Assembly: GCA_034715975.1 (NCBI GenBank)
Contig: JAYEFP010000031.1
Span: 1-50,465 of the forward strand
DNA: 50,465 nt
Reading direction: 5' to 3'
Source: Candidatus Bipolaricaulota bacterium
Lineage (GTDB): Bacteria > Bipolaricaulota > Bipolaricaulia > UBA7950 > UBA9294
The notes below the pieces were generated by a model. The model saw only the letters and a list, made by a program, of their open reading frames with translations, was not told where the DNA came from and made no database searches. A program made the translations under genes and the position numbers. Of the stretch, positions 34,378 through 43,432 are shown in pieces (position 1 is the first letter of the stretch; each line of letters begins with the position of its first letter).

Positions 34378-34407
34378 TCATGACTGCACAGTAGAAAGTA
34401 AATGGGA

Positions 34408-35484
34408 TCAGGATGTGGTACCTAACGCGATATCGAAGATGTCGCGCAACATCGTAGCAGCTGACGGGAGTGGCGTCTCCTCTTTGATAATAGCGGTAAT
34501 CGTTCCGTAGATATCAGTGTAGTACGTGATCCCCATCTCTTTTGGCCCCAGTCTTCCCAGCGGATGATCTTCGGGTAGGACCTGTGGAGTGACGCTGAGT
34601 GAATATCCCGAATCGCTGCGAAGCGCTGTTGCCAGCAAGCGCATGCGCCGGCCGGAGCGAAACTCAGAACGGATAGTCTGATCCGAGAGGTCGCTGATCC
34701 CGCTTCGCTTGACGTCTTCCAACCTCGCGGGATAGGAAAGGACGGCGTTTGCCAGGATCACGAGCTTTGCCGCGGCGTCCCAGCCGTCGAGGTCCCATGT
34801 GGGATCTGCCTCAAGGACGCCTTCGCGCTTGGCGAGACTGATTGCTTCATCCCACGATGTCCCATCGCCGATAAGGTCGAGTATGAACCCGGTGACGAGA
34901 TTGGGGACTGCCTCGATGCGATCGATCGTTGCACCCCGCAGATCGCGGCTGCCGATGTACAGAGCGGGAAGGCCGCCGGCGACAGTTCCACCGAATCGCA
35001 GGTAGACTCCACACTCGCTTGCAAGCTGCGTAAGTTCCTGGTAGAAGAGGATGATCGGTCCCTTGTCCGGTGTCACGACATGCATACCTCTTGCCAAGGC
35101 GGTGCGAATACAGGATGTTGCAGGTTCTGCTCCGCGTGCGAGGTTGACCGGCGTCGCCTCGCACCAGACGTCGGCCTCGACCTGGTGCACAAGATCGAGC
35201 GAGTTCATCCCGACTGTTCCAAGTTGAGGATAGTTTGCTACTGTTCCTGTGGAGGCCTTGGCCTTAAGAATCAGATCCAAATCGAGGCCATGCGGATCCT
35301 GCACTGCACCACGGGAATCGACCGCGGCAACGATCTGTAGATCAAGATTGTAGCGCTCACGCAGCTTCGCCTGCTTGTCAGAGATCAGCTTGATGAACCT
35401 TGTACCGAGGTTCCCTAGCCCCGATATCGCTATACGCACAGTTCTTGCTGTCATGTTGCCTGCATTAAGGTTCAGATCACGCAA
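34408..35484 (-). CDS. homoserine dehydrogenase family protein (no ACT domain)
   Basis: VRIAISGLGNLG Rossmann start and ...LEADPTWDLDGWDAAAKLVILAN catalytic-domain motif. An alternative start is ATG 35454. Confidence 0.75.
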   Translation of the reverse strand: MRDLNLNAGNMTARTVRIAISGLGNLGTRFIKLISDKQAKLRERYNLDLQIVAAVDSRGAVQDPHGLDLDLILKAKASTGTVANYPQLGTVGMNSLDLVHQVEADVWCEATPVNLARGAEPATSCIRTALARGMHVVTPDKGPIILFYQELTQLASECGVYLRFGGTVAGGLPALYIGSRDLRGATIDRIEAVPNLVTGFILDLIGDGTSWDEAISLAKREGVLEADPTWDLDGWDAAAKLVILANAVLSYPARLEDVKRSGISDLSDQTIRSEFRSGRRMRLLATALRSDSGYSLSVTPQVLPEDHPLGRLGPKEMGITYYTDIYGTITAIIKEETPLPSAATMLRDIFDIALGTTS

Positions 35485-36202
35485 CCGTGTTTTTCAAGAT
35501 GCCGATCCCTTCGATTTCCACCTCAACGATGTCTCCGGATACGAGGGGGCCAACCCCGGCTGGTGTCCCCGTGGCGATCACGTCCCCGGGTTCGAGTGTC
35601 ATGTACGATGAGATCTCCTCGATCAACACGGGGATGGGAAAGATGAAATCCGCCGTTGATCCGTCCTGGCGGGTCTCTCCGTTCACCCGTGACATAACGT
35701 GAAACGGCCCTTCGATCTCATCCTTGGTAACGATCATCGGCCCAAGCGGAGCGGATGTGTCGAAACCCTTGGCACGCACCCAGTTTTTGTCCCACTTCTG
35801 CGCCTCGCGGTCGGAGACGTCGTTCATGCACGTGTAGCCGAGAATGACGCTCATCGCCTCCTGGGCTGACACATTGTGGCAGCGTACACCGATGACGACG
35901 GCCAGTTCGGCCTCGTGATGAACGAGACCGCTCTTTGGAAGCACGATCTCATCCTTTGGTCCGATCACCGCCGATGGAGGTTTGAAGAAGAGGAGTGGAC
36001 GCTCCGGCACATCGTTACCGAGTTCTTTGGCGTGTGCCGCATAGTTACGACCGACACAAACCATCTTCGTTGGTGTGCATGGAGGGAGCAGGTGTACCTT
36101 TTCTACACGGAGCTTGCCGGAGGGCGAAACGATTGTGCTGCCTTCGAGCTTGCCCGAAACGGGTAGCTGCGATGTTGGGTCGAAAAAGCGGACAAGTCGC
36201 AT
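35477..36202 (-). CDS. fumarylacetoacetate hydrolase (FAH) family protein
   Basis: Contains VGRNYAAHAKELG, PLLFFKPPSAVIGP, HHEAELAVVIG and GDVIATGTPAGVG. Confidence 0.85.
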   Translation of the reverse strand: MRLVRFFDPTSQLPVSGKLEGSTIVSPSGKLRVEKVHLLPPCTPTKMVCVGRNYAAHAKELGNDVPERPLLFFKPPSAVIGPKDEIVLPKSGLVHHEAELAVVIGVRCHNVSAQEAMSVILGYTCMNDVSDREAQKWDKNWVRAKGFDTSAPLGPMIVTKDEIEGPFHVMSRVNGETRQDGSTADFIFPIPVLIEEISSYMTLEPGDVIATGTPAGVGPLVSGDIVEVEIEGIGILKNTVA

Positions 36203-36321
36203 GGAGCCTCCCTTCTGGGCCTTTCAAGATTTGCAACACCGTACATCTTTGGGTGTGTGTTTGCAAGGGCGCGCGATCTGCCACTTGACCGATCTACGGT
36301 GAGTGGATAGGCTTTGCTATC

Positions 36322-36798
36322 ATGAACAGGCCTTCCTCCTTTACCATCGTGGTCGCCGCCCTCGCGGTCGACCGTCTCCTCAAATGGTGGGTGGGAGGAC
36401 ACCTTGTGCTCTATGAGTCACGGCCTCTGATCGGTCAGACGATTCGACTGACGCGAGTACACAACGTTGGCGGTGCGCTCGGGATATTTCCCGACAGTGG
36501 CCCTCTCTTCCTTGCAGTTTCGATCGTTGTCTCGGCGGTGATTGTCTTTCTTCTCTTGCGGCACAAGACTCAAGGCGTCATCATGGGAACGGGTTTGGCG
36601 CTGCTACTCGGCGGCGCGGTGGGGAACCTGATAGATCGACTTGCGTACGGCTATGTGCTTGATTTCTTGGAAATCAGAGGGCTGTTTGTCAACAACTTTG
36701 CCGATGTTTGCGTGAGCGTGGGAACTGCTTTGATCTTCATCCATGTTCTCTTTGGGGGTGAGAAAGATCGAACTACGCAAGAAGCTGATCGTCTTTGA
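36322..36798 (+). CDS. lspA: lipoprotein signal peptidase II
   Basis: 158 aa with 4 TM segments. Contains VHNVGGALGIF, GGAVGNLIDRL..G.V.DF and NNFADVCVSVG. Confidence 0.85.
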   Translation: MNRPSSFTIVVAALAVDRLLKWWVGGHLVLYESRPLIGQTIRLTRVHNVGGALGIFPDSGPLFLAVSIVVSAVIVFLLLRHKTQGVIMGTGLALLLGGAVGNLIDRLAYGYVLDFLEIRGLFVNNFADVCVSVGTALIFIHVLFGGEKDRTTQEADRL

Positions 36799-37375
36799 GG
36801 GGCTCGATTTTACCGGGAAATCGACCCAGGTGGAAATCCTTGGTAGACATTTACAGAAGATGGATCTTCCGGTTACGACGACACGTGAGCCGGGAGGGAC
36901 TGTGCTTGGTGAGGTGGTGCGGAGTGTGATCCTTTCGAATGAGCACACGGAGCTCCTTCCCTTATCCGAGCTGTCGTTGTTCATCACCTGTCGCGCGCAG
37001 TTATCGGCGGAGGTGATCGAACCGGCGCTTGATGCTGGGCATGTTGTTGTATCGAGCCGATACCGCCTGTCGAGCCTTGGCTACCAGGGCTACGGACGCG
37101 GCCTTGATCTCACTCTGATCGAGCGGATGAATGAGATCGCCACGTCCGGTCGGCAGCCTGATCTGACATTCCTTCTCGACCTTCCCGCGGAGAAAGCATT
37201 GGAGCGGAGGGGCAAAGTGCGTGATCGAATCGAACAGGAGGACTTGGCGTTTTACCGGCGAGTGCGCACGGGGTATCTTGATCTGACGCGCGGTGATCCG
37301 AGGGTACATTTACTTGACGCCACGATATCGATAGACGAGATCGCACGCAAGGTTCTAGAGTACTTGAGCCTGTAG
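36743..37375 (+). CDS. tmk: thymidylate kinase
   Basis: IVFEGLDFTGKSTQ P-loop, TTREPGGT, and SSRYRLSSLGYQG. The true start may be GTG 36757, which would shorten the overlap with lspA. Confidence 0.9.
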   Translation: MFSLGVRKIELRKKLIVFEGLDFTGKSTQVEILGRHLQKMDLPVTTTREPGGTVLGEVVRSVILSNEHTELLPLSELSLFITCRAQLSAEVIEPALDAGHVVVSSRYRLSSLGYQGYGRGLDLTLIERMNEIATSGRQPDLTFLLDLPAEKALERRGKVRDRIEQEDLAFYRRVRTGYLDLTRGDPRVHLLDATISIDEIARKVLEYLSL

Positions 37376-37439
37376 GCTTTGGCAACGGCTGTCAATGGTG
37401 TATGATTAGGATTATTACGAACGCCGCTAAAGGGGGACA

Positions 37440-38594
37440 ATGATGGACTTTGTAAGCATGAAGGATGAGTTGGTCTTTGGCGTGAAATTGGCCAGCTATG
37501 CACTTGGTACACGCAGCAGTATGCCCATTCTTTCTGGGCTTAAGATGGAGATCTCCGGCGACAGCCTTCGCCTCTACGCCACCGATTTGGAGCGTGCAGT
37601 CCATTGCGAGATGCCGATCGAGAACAAAGGGGAAGATGAGGCAGTGGTCCTCAATGGTGCGGTTCTCTCCCAGATTGCCAATCACCTCCCCGAGGATGAT
37701 CGCATCACAATGAAGACAGGCGAAGGAGATGGCACGCTGGTCAAGCTTCGCTGCGGCGAGGCCCTGTTCGACCTGCCGACCCTACCGGTGGAGGACTATC
37801 CGGAGATTGCACCGCTTCCGGAAAGGCGCATTGGACAGATAGACGTGCAGAAGTTCCATCGTGGGCTGGAGCAGACAGCATTTGCCTCGCTCAAGGTAAA
37901 TGAGACGACACGCCTCAGTCTGACTGGGGTGGACATTGTCATCGGCGGCGGGGAGATGAAGATGATTGCCACCAATGGCTACCGTCTGTCGATGAAGACA
38001 CTCCCCATGGATGAGATCCTCGAAGAAGGCGAATTTCTGATCGAGGCGGGCGTGTTGAGCGACCTTGACCGCGTCCTTTCACAGATCAATGCCGCCAGCG
38101 TGGAGATTTACCGCGGCGACGGCCAGGTATTCTTCCGTGCTGGTGGAGTGACGTTTATTGCTAAGACTATTGCCGAGGAGTTCCCCGACTTCGACCGCGT
38201 GATCCCTAAGGACAATACGATCAACCTCACGTTCAACCGGCAGGCGCTATTGGGGAGCTTACAACGGATCGAAATCACGGCTGCCGAGGAATCGGGGGCG
38301 GTGACGTTCCGCGCGACGAGCGATGAGAGCGCTGCGCGGATAAACTCCTCCTCCAAGGACAAGGGTGAGGCAGAAGAACGGGTACGCTTGGCAAAGGTCC
38401 CGTCGGAGGCGATCGAGATATCCTTCAAGGCCGAGTATCTGATAGACGTTCTCAAGCGGATGGACTCAGAACAGATTGCGGTGTGGCTGGCAACATCGGA
38501 GAAGGCTGGATTAATCGAGCCGGCGGGCGATGGGATCTCGCCACTCGATGAGGGCTTTCTTTACGTGTGCATGCCCGTACGCCTTGGTGGATGA
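37440..38594 (+). CDS. dnaN: DNA polymerase III beta sliding clamp
   Basis: 384 aa. Contains MPILSGLKMEISGDSLRLYATDLE, ATNGYRLS, FPDFDRVIP and a C-terminal CMPVRL. Confidence 0.9.
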   Translation: MMDFVSMKDELVFGVKLASYALGTRSSMPILSGLKMEISGDSLRLYATDLERAVHCEMPIENKGEDEAVVLNGAVLSQIANHLPEDDRITMKTGEGDGTLVKLRCGEALFDLPTLPVEDYPEIAPLPERRIGQIDVQKFHRGLEQTAFASLKVNETTRLSLTGVDIVIGGGEMKMIATNGYRLSMKTLPMDEILEEGEFLIEAGVLSDLDRVLSQINAASVEIYRGDGQVFFRAGGVTFIAKTIAEEFPDFDRVIPKDNTINLTFNRQALLGSLQRIEITAAEESGAVTFRATSDESAARINSSSKDKGEAEERVRLAKVPSEAIEISFKAEYLIDVLKRMDSEQIAVWLATSEKAGLIEPAGDGISPLDEGFLYVCMPVRLGG

Positions 38595-38632
38595 TCGATC
38601 AGCGATCCTCTAGGGTTCCTAATGGTGTGTAC

Positions 38633-41212
38633 TTACGCGAGAGCGCTGCGAATCGCCTCTGTGCCTTTCTGTAAGGCCTGGTCGAGTGAGTCTGCACGCA
38701 GACCTCCTCCTTGAGCAAAGGTGCGGTTGCCGCCGCCGCCGCCGCCGAATTTCGCGGTGAGCGTCCGCACGATTTTTCCGGCATTCACTTCCAATTCATC
38801 GCTTATCTTGCAGACAGCGATTCCCTTTCCGCCCGCTTGTGCGAGGAGCAAGACCACTGCCGGGCTCCCCTTCTCTTCTACTAAATCGGCAAGTTCCTTT
38901 AGTTGTGCTCCATCAGCGTCCACTCTTTCGGCGAAGACGTTTGTGCCTCCAATTTCCTCTCTCCGTGCGAGCAAATCATCGCGTATCTGCGTGAGTGATG
39001 CCGTGCTCAGTGTGGCGAGGTTCTCTTCAAGGGATGCCTTCTCCTGTTGCAGACGATTGAGGCCAGTAATTGGGTCGTCGCCAAGTGTCCTCTCAATCTT
39101 GGTTAGCAGCCGATCGCGTCTGCGCACCCAGGCAAGTGTGCCGTCACCGGTGACGGCGCGCATGCGACGCACACCCGCGGCAATGCTCTCCTCAGAGATT
39201 ATCTTGATCAGCCCGATCTCTCCGGTTCTGGAAACGTGCGTTCCGCCGCACAGCTCACGGCTGAAGTCGCCGATGGAGACGACACGTATCACGTCCTTTC
39301 CGCGGTACTCGTCTTCGAAGTGTGCCATCGCTCCGGTTTTCTTCGCCTCGACGAGGGACATCTCGGACGTGGTGACCGGCAGATCCTGTAACGCGACAGC
39401 GTTTGCCAAGTCCTCTACCCGCGCTAGTTCATCTTCGGTGACGCGCTCGAAATGGGAGAAGTCGAACCGCAGCTCGGTGTCTCCAACGTAGGAGCCAGCT
39501 TGAATGACGTGTTCGCCGAGGACTTCACGTAGCGCGGCGTGCAGGAGGTGCGTTGCCGTATGGTTGCGTGCAATTTGCTCGCGGCGAGCGGTATCTACGA
39601 CAAGGTTGCACTCATCAGTCACCTCAAATGTTCCCTCTGTGACTTTCACCGTATGGAGAAAGACATCGGATTTCGTCTTCTTGACGTCGATGATCTCTCC
39701 TCGGCCGGGGCGGGTAAGGTTCTCGATTGTTCCCCTATCTGCTATTTGTCCGCCAGATTCTGCGTAGAACGGCGTGCGGTCGAAAGCAAGCTTCAAGGTA
39801 TCGTCCTCTTGTTGAGCGTTGTGGGCGATCCTTCCACTGGCATTGGTAAGCTTGTAACCGAGAAACTCTGTCGTTGCTACGTCAAGTGTGGCTCTTTCCT
39901 TTCCGTGCGTGTTTTCGTCTGCGCTCTTGCGCGAGCGTTGCCGCTGCTGCGCCATAGCACTACGGAACCCGTCTGTGTCGAGGTCGATATTATGTTCGGA
40001 GACGATCTCTTCTGTCATCTCCATGGGGAAGCCGTAGGTGTCGTAGAGCTCAAAGGCCAGTTCTCCTGGGAGCATGCGTGTGCCCTCGCCAGCGAGCCTC
40101 TGGAGGATGCGTTCCAGACGAGCCTCACCCGCGCGCAGTGTCTTGCGGAACGTTTTCTCTTCGTGGGAGATCACGCGCTGCGCTAGGGGGCGCGCGGTGA
40201 CAATCTCTGGGTAGACATCTCCTAATGTATCTATCACTGGGTCGACAAGGCTGGGGAGGCTCCCCCTCGGCAGCCCGAGCTTCTCTCCGGAACGAATAGC
40301 CCGCCTCAATACGCGACGCAGGACGTATCCCTGTTTCTCGTTTGAGGGAAGAACTCCATCGGCAATGAGGAAGAGAATCCCCTTGATGTGATCGGCGACG
40401 ATATTCCGGTTCAGGGTGTCAGCATCGGTGAGCGAGCGCGGCACGGCAGCCTGAATCGCTTCCAGCGTTGGCAGAAACAGGTTGATGTCGAAATCTGTTT
40501 TCGCGCCCTGCAGTACGGTGGCCGTCCGTTCCAAACCCATCCCTGTGTCGACACTCTTCTTCTTTAGAGGGACGAGTGAACCATCTTCCTGAGCATCGTA
40601 CTGCATGAAGACGAGATTCCAGATCTCGGAGAATCGATCGCAGTCGCAGGCAACGCCGCGGCAGTTTGGGCCGCACGCCCTGTCTTCCCCCGCATCGAAG
40701 AAAATCTCCGTATCCGGGCCACACGGGCCACTGTTTCCCACCGGACCCCACCAGTTGTGCTCCTTCCCCAGCTTAGCGATTCGCTCACGGGGAATGCCGA
40801 TCTCATCGTTCCAGATGGCGAATGCTTCGTCATCTTCTTCATATACGGAGACCCACAGCCGCTCAGCGGGGATATCAAGTGCACTTGTCAAGAAATCCCA
40901 GGCATACTTGATTGCCTGCTCCTTGAAGTAATCGCCAAAGGAGAAATTGCCCAGCATCTCAAAGAACGTGTGGTGATACGCTGTCTTGCCGACGTTTTCG
41001 ATGTCCGTGGTGCGGAAGCACTTCTGGCATGTAGTTACGCGGGGGAACGTCGGAGCCACATGTCCCCAGAAGATGTCCTTGAACTGGACCATCCCCGCTG
41101 CCGTAAACAGCAGACTGGGATCGTTCGGTACGAGAGGCGCGCTCGGTAGGTGATGATGATTGTGTTCGACGAAGTAGCTGATATAGCGTTTACGAAGTTC
41201 GTGAGCCTGCAC
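38633..41212 (-). CDS. alaS: alanine--tRNA ligase
   Basis: 859 aa. Contains FTAAGMVQFK, HHTFFEMLGNFSFGDYFK, the editing-domain HTATHLLH and CGGTHV, and a C-terminal DHHA1-like domain. Confidence 0.95.
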   Translation of the reverse strand: MQAHELRKRYISYFVEHNHHHLPSAPLVPNDPSLLFTAAGMVQFKDIFWGHVAPTFPRVTTCQKCFRTTDIENVGKTAYHHTFFEMLGNFSFGDYFKEQAIKYAWDFLTSALDIPAERLWVSVYEEDDEAFAIWNDEIGIPRERIAKLGKEHNWWGPVGNSGPCGPDTEIFFDAGEDRACGPNCRGVACDCDRFSEIWNLVFMQYDAQEDGSLVPLKKKSVDTGMGLERTATVLQGAKTDFDINLFLPTLEAIQAAVPRSLTDADTLNRNIVADHIKGILFLIADGVLPSNEKQGYVLRRVLRRAIRSGEKLGLPRGSLPSLVDPVIDTLGDVYPEIVTARPLAQRVISHEEKTFRKTLRAGEARLERILQRLAGEGTRMLPGELAFELYDTYGFPMEMTEEIVSEHNIDLDTDGFRSAMAQQRQRSRKSADENTHGKERATLDVATTEFLGYKLTNASGRIAHNAQQEDDTLKLAFDRTPFYAESGGQIADRGTIENLTRPGRGEIIDVKKTKSDVFLHTVKVTEGTFEVTDECNLVVDTARREQIARNHTATHLLHAALREVLGEHVIQAGSYVGDTELRFDFSHFERVTEDELARVEDLANAVALQDLPVTTSEMSLVEAKKTGAMAHFEDEYRGKDVIRVVSIGDFSRELCGGTHVSRTGEIGLIKIISEESIAAGVRRMRAVTGDGTLAWVRRRDRLLTKIERTLGDDPITGLNRLQQEKASLEENLATLSTASLTQIRDDLLARREEIGGTNVFAERVDADGAQLKELADLVEEKGSPAVVLLLAQAGGKGIAVCKISDELEVNAGKIVRTLTAKFGGGGGGNRTFAQGGGLRADSLDQALQKGTEAIRSALA

Positions 41213-41296
41213 TGTATCCCCCTTTACGATAGAGTTGGATTCTAAGTGTCTCTTTGCGAGAAGTCAAAAAGAGAGTCATAATCCCAAATGTGATGC

Positions 41297-41325
41297 TTGA
41301 CATCGCCTATTTGGCTTGCTATCAT
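41297..41325 (+). promoter_or_regulatory. sigma-70 promoter for the ABC importer operon
   Basis: TTGACA (41297-41302), 17-nt spacer, TATCAT (41320-41325). Confidence 0.55.
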
Positions 41326-41388
41326 GGTGAACAGCTGGCGGTATTAGGTGTTTCGGTTTAAAGTCATTTTACCAACAAAAGGACTGAT

Positions 41389-42408
41389 ATGGGGGGCATA
41401 ACCCGGTATGCGTTGCAACGATTGTTATTAACAATCCCGATGCTGCTCATTCTCCTTACGCTTGTCTTCCTTATTCTGAGAGTTATGCCCGGTGATCCGG
41501 TAGCGGCGATGCTCGGCGGGAGAAATGTCTCGCCAGAATTGATGGACGAGTATCGTCACAAGATGGGAGTCGATCGCCCGATTCTTGTGCAGTATGCTGA
41601 ATACCTTGGTAGTATCATTCGTGGCGACTTCGGCAAATCATTCAGTACGGGCCAGCCTGTTGTCTCAGAGGTCTTCCTTCGGTTCCCCGCTACGCTCGAG
41701 CTTGCGTTCTTTGGACTAATCTTTGCCTGGATCTTTGGGTTTGGCACTGGGCTGATTGCAGCTGTCCGCGTTGATCGCCCAATCGATCACATCGTGCGTG
41801 TGTTTCACATCGGATCGTTTGCGATGCCCCTCTTCTGGCTTGGATTGATGCTGCAGGTAATTTTCGCCGTGAAGCTTGGGTGGTTTCCTGTGGCGACGCG
41901 CATTGGTGGAAGGATTGCGTTTACCTTTCAGTCGAAGACTGGTTTCTATCTTCTTGATGCCATCTTGAGTGGAAATGGAAAGGTGATTTTGGACGTCGCG
42001 AGGCACCTAGTTCTTCCATCGATCACTCTGGGATTTGCTCAGGCGGGGCTCCTCGGCCGCATGACACGAGCGAGCATGCTTGAAGTCCTTGATCAGGATT
42101 ACGTTACTACTGCGCGCGCGAAGGGATTGAGCGAGCGCGTGGTTATCATGAGTCACGCGCTGCGTAATGCGATGATCCCCATAATCACCGTCTTCGGTCT
42201 GCAATTCGCCATTCTCATGGGTGGGGCCGTCCTTACCGAGACGGTCTTTTCCTGGCCGGGGATTGCGAGCTTCCTCGTGCGCTCGATCGAGTCGCGCGAT
42301 TGGCCATCCATCCAAGGGGCAATCGTGTTCATTGCAATCTTCATTTCCGTGATTAACTTGCTTGTTGATGTCGCGTATTCGTTCATTGATCCAAGGGTGA
42401 GGTACTGA
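41389..42408 (+). CDS. peptide/nickel ABC transporter permease (DppB/OppB-like)
   Basis: RVMPGDPV N-terminal motif and YVTTARAKGLSERVVIMSHALRNAMIPIITV (EAA loop). Confidence 0.9.
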   Translation: MGGITRYALQRLLLTIPMLLILLTLVFLILRVMPGDPVAAMLGGRNVSPELMDEYRHKMGVDRPILVQYAEYLGSIIRGDFGKSFSTGQPVVSEVFLRFPATLELAFFGLIFAWIFGFGTGLIAAVRVDRPIDHIVRVFHIGSFAMPLFWLGLMLQVIFAVKLGWFPVATRIGGRIAFTFQSKTGFYLLDAILSGNGKVILDVARHLVLPSITLGFAQAGLLGRMTRASMLEVLDQDYVTTARAKGLSERVVIMSHALRNAMIPIITVFGLQFAILMGGAVLTETVFSWPGIASFLVRSIESRDWPSIQGAIVFIAIFISVINLLVDVAYSFIDPRVRY

Positions 42409-42410
42409 GC

Positions 42411-43304
42411 ATGGCACGTGGCATGGTAGGTTTCTTAGACTGGGTAGTTGATAAGGTCTCTCGCGGGAAGCATGGCCTGCGGCACCAAACGGTGCTTAAG
42501 GTGGGACTGGTTATCGTGATTGTGTTTCTCGTGGTGACGGCGCTGGCGCAGTATTCCTGGTTCACGCCATACAGCCCGACCAAGTATCGTAGCGCGCCAA
42601 GACTGGAAGGTCCATCGGTTCAACACTTAATGGGGACCGATCAGCTGCAGCGTGACGTCTTTAGTCGTATCCTCGCGGGTGGAAAGGCGTCCATTATCGT
42701 CGCATTCGGGGCAGTGGCGCTAAGCATGACAATCGGATCAATCCTCGGCTGGATCTCCGGATTCGTTGGAGGATTCCTCGATCGCTTGCTTTCCTTGACT
42801 ATGGATGCGATCTACTCGTTCCCATCGATGATCCTGGCAATTGTTCTTGTGGCCATGTTCGGAGCGGGTTTGGGACCGATGATTTGGGCGGTGGGATTCG
42901 TCTACATCCCGACGTACTTCCGTGTGACGCGTGCTGAGGTATTGCAAGTGCGGGAGACGACGTATGTGGAAGCTGTGCGAGCGCTGGGAGCGAGCAATCT
43001 ACGCATCATCTTGCGGCACATCGCGCCAAACACGGTGAACGCGATCATGGCCGTCTCCTCGTTCAACCTCGCTGACGCGATTCTGACGGTCGCTGCCCTG
43101 TCTTTCCTGGGATTCGGTCTGCCGCCTCCGGCGCCGGACTGGGGATACGACATCCAAAACGGCCAGAAGTTCCTGCAATCTGGCTCGTGGTGGCTGATAA
43201 CATTCCCCGGGATCATGATCATCTCCCTGTCTCTGGGCTTTGGTCTGATCGGCGAAGGGATAAGCGATCTGGTTAATCCAAAGAGGAAGAGGAAGAGGGT
43301 TTGA
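42411..43304 (+). CDS. peptide/nickel ABC transporter permease (DppC/OppC-like)
   Basis: Contains HLMGTDQLQRDVFSRIL and YVEAVRALGASNLRIILRHIAPN. Confidence 0.9.
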   Translation: MARGMVGFLDWVVDKVSRGKHGLRHQTVLKVGLVIVIVFLVVTALAQYSWFTPYSPTKYRSAPRLEGPSVQHLMGTDQLQRDVFSRILAGGKASIIVAFGAVALSMTIGSILGWISGFVGGFLDRLLSLTMDAIYSFPSMILAIVLVAMFGAGLGPMIWAVGFVYIPTYFRVTRAEVLQVRETTYVEAVRALGASNLRIILRHIAPNTVNAIMAVSSFNLADAILTVAALSFLGFGLPPPAPDWGYDIQNGQKFLQSGSWWLITFPGIMIISLSLGFGLIGEGISDLVNPKRKRKRV

Positions 43305-43432
43305 CTTTGTAGATCACTAGTGCTAGAGTAGCAATAGGCGATGTCAATTGGTAGGGGAGGTGGTAAACGGCTCGGGCTACCTGGTTTGAAGAAGGGAAAG
43401 ATCTAACGGCATTAAGAATAAGGAGGCAGAGT

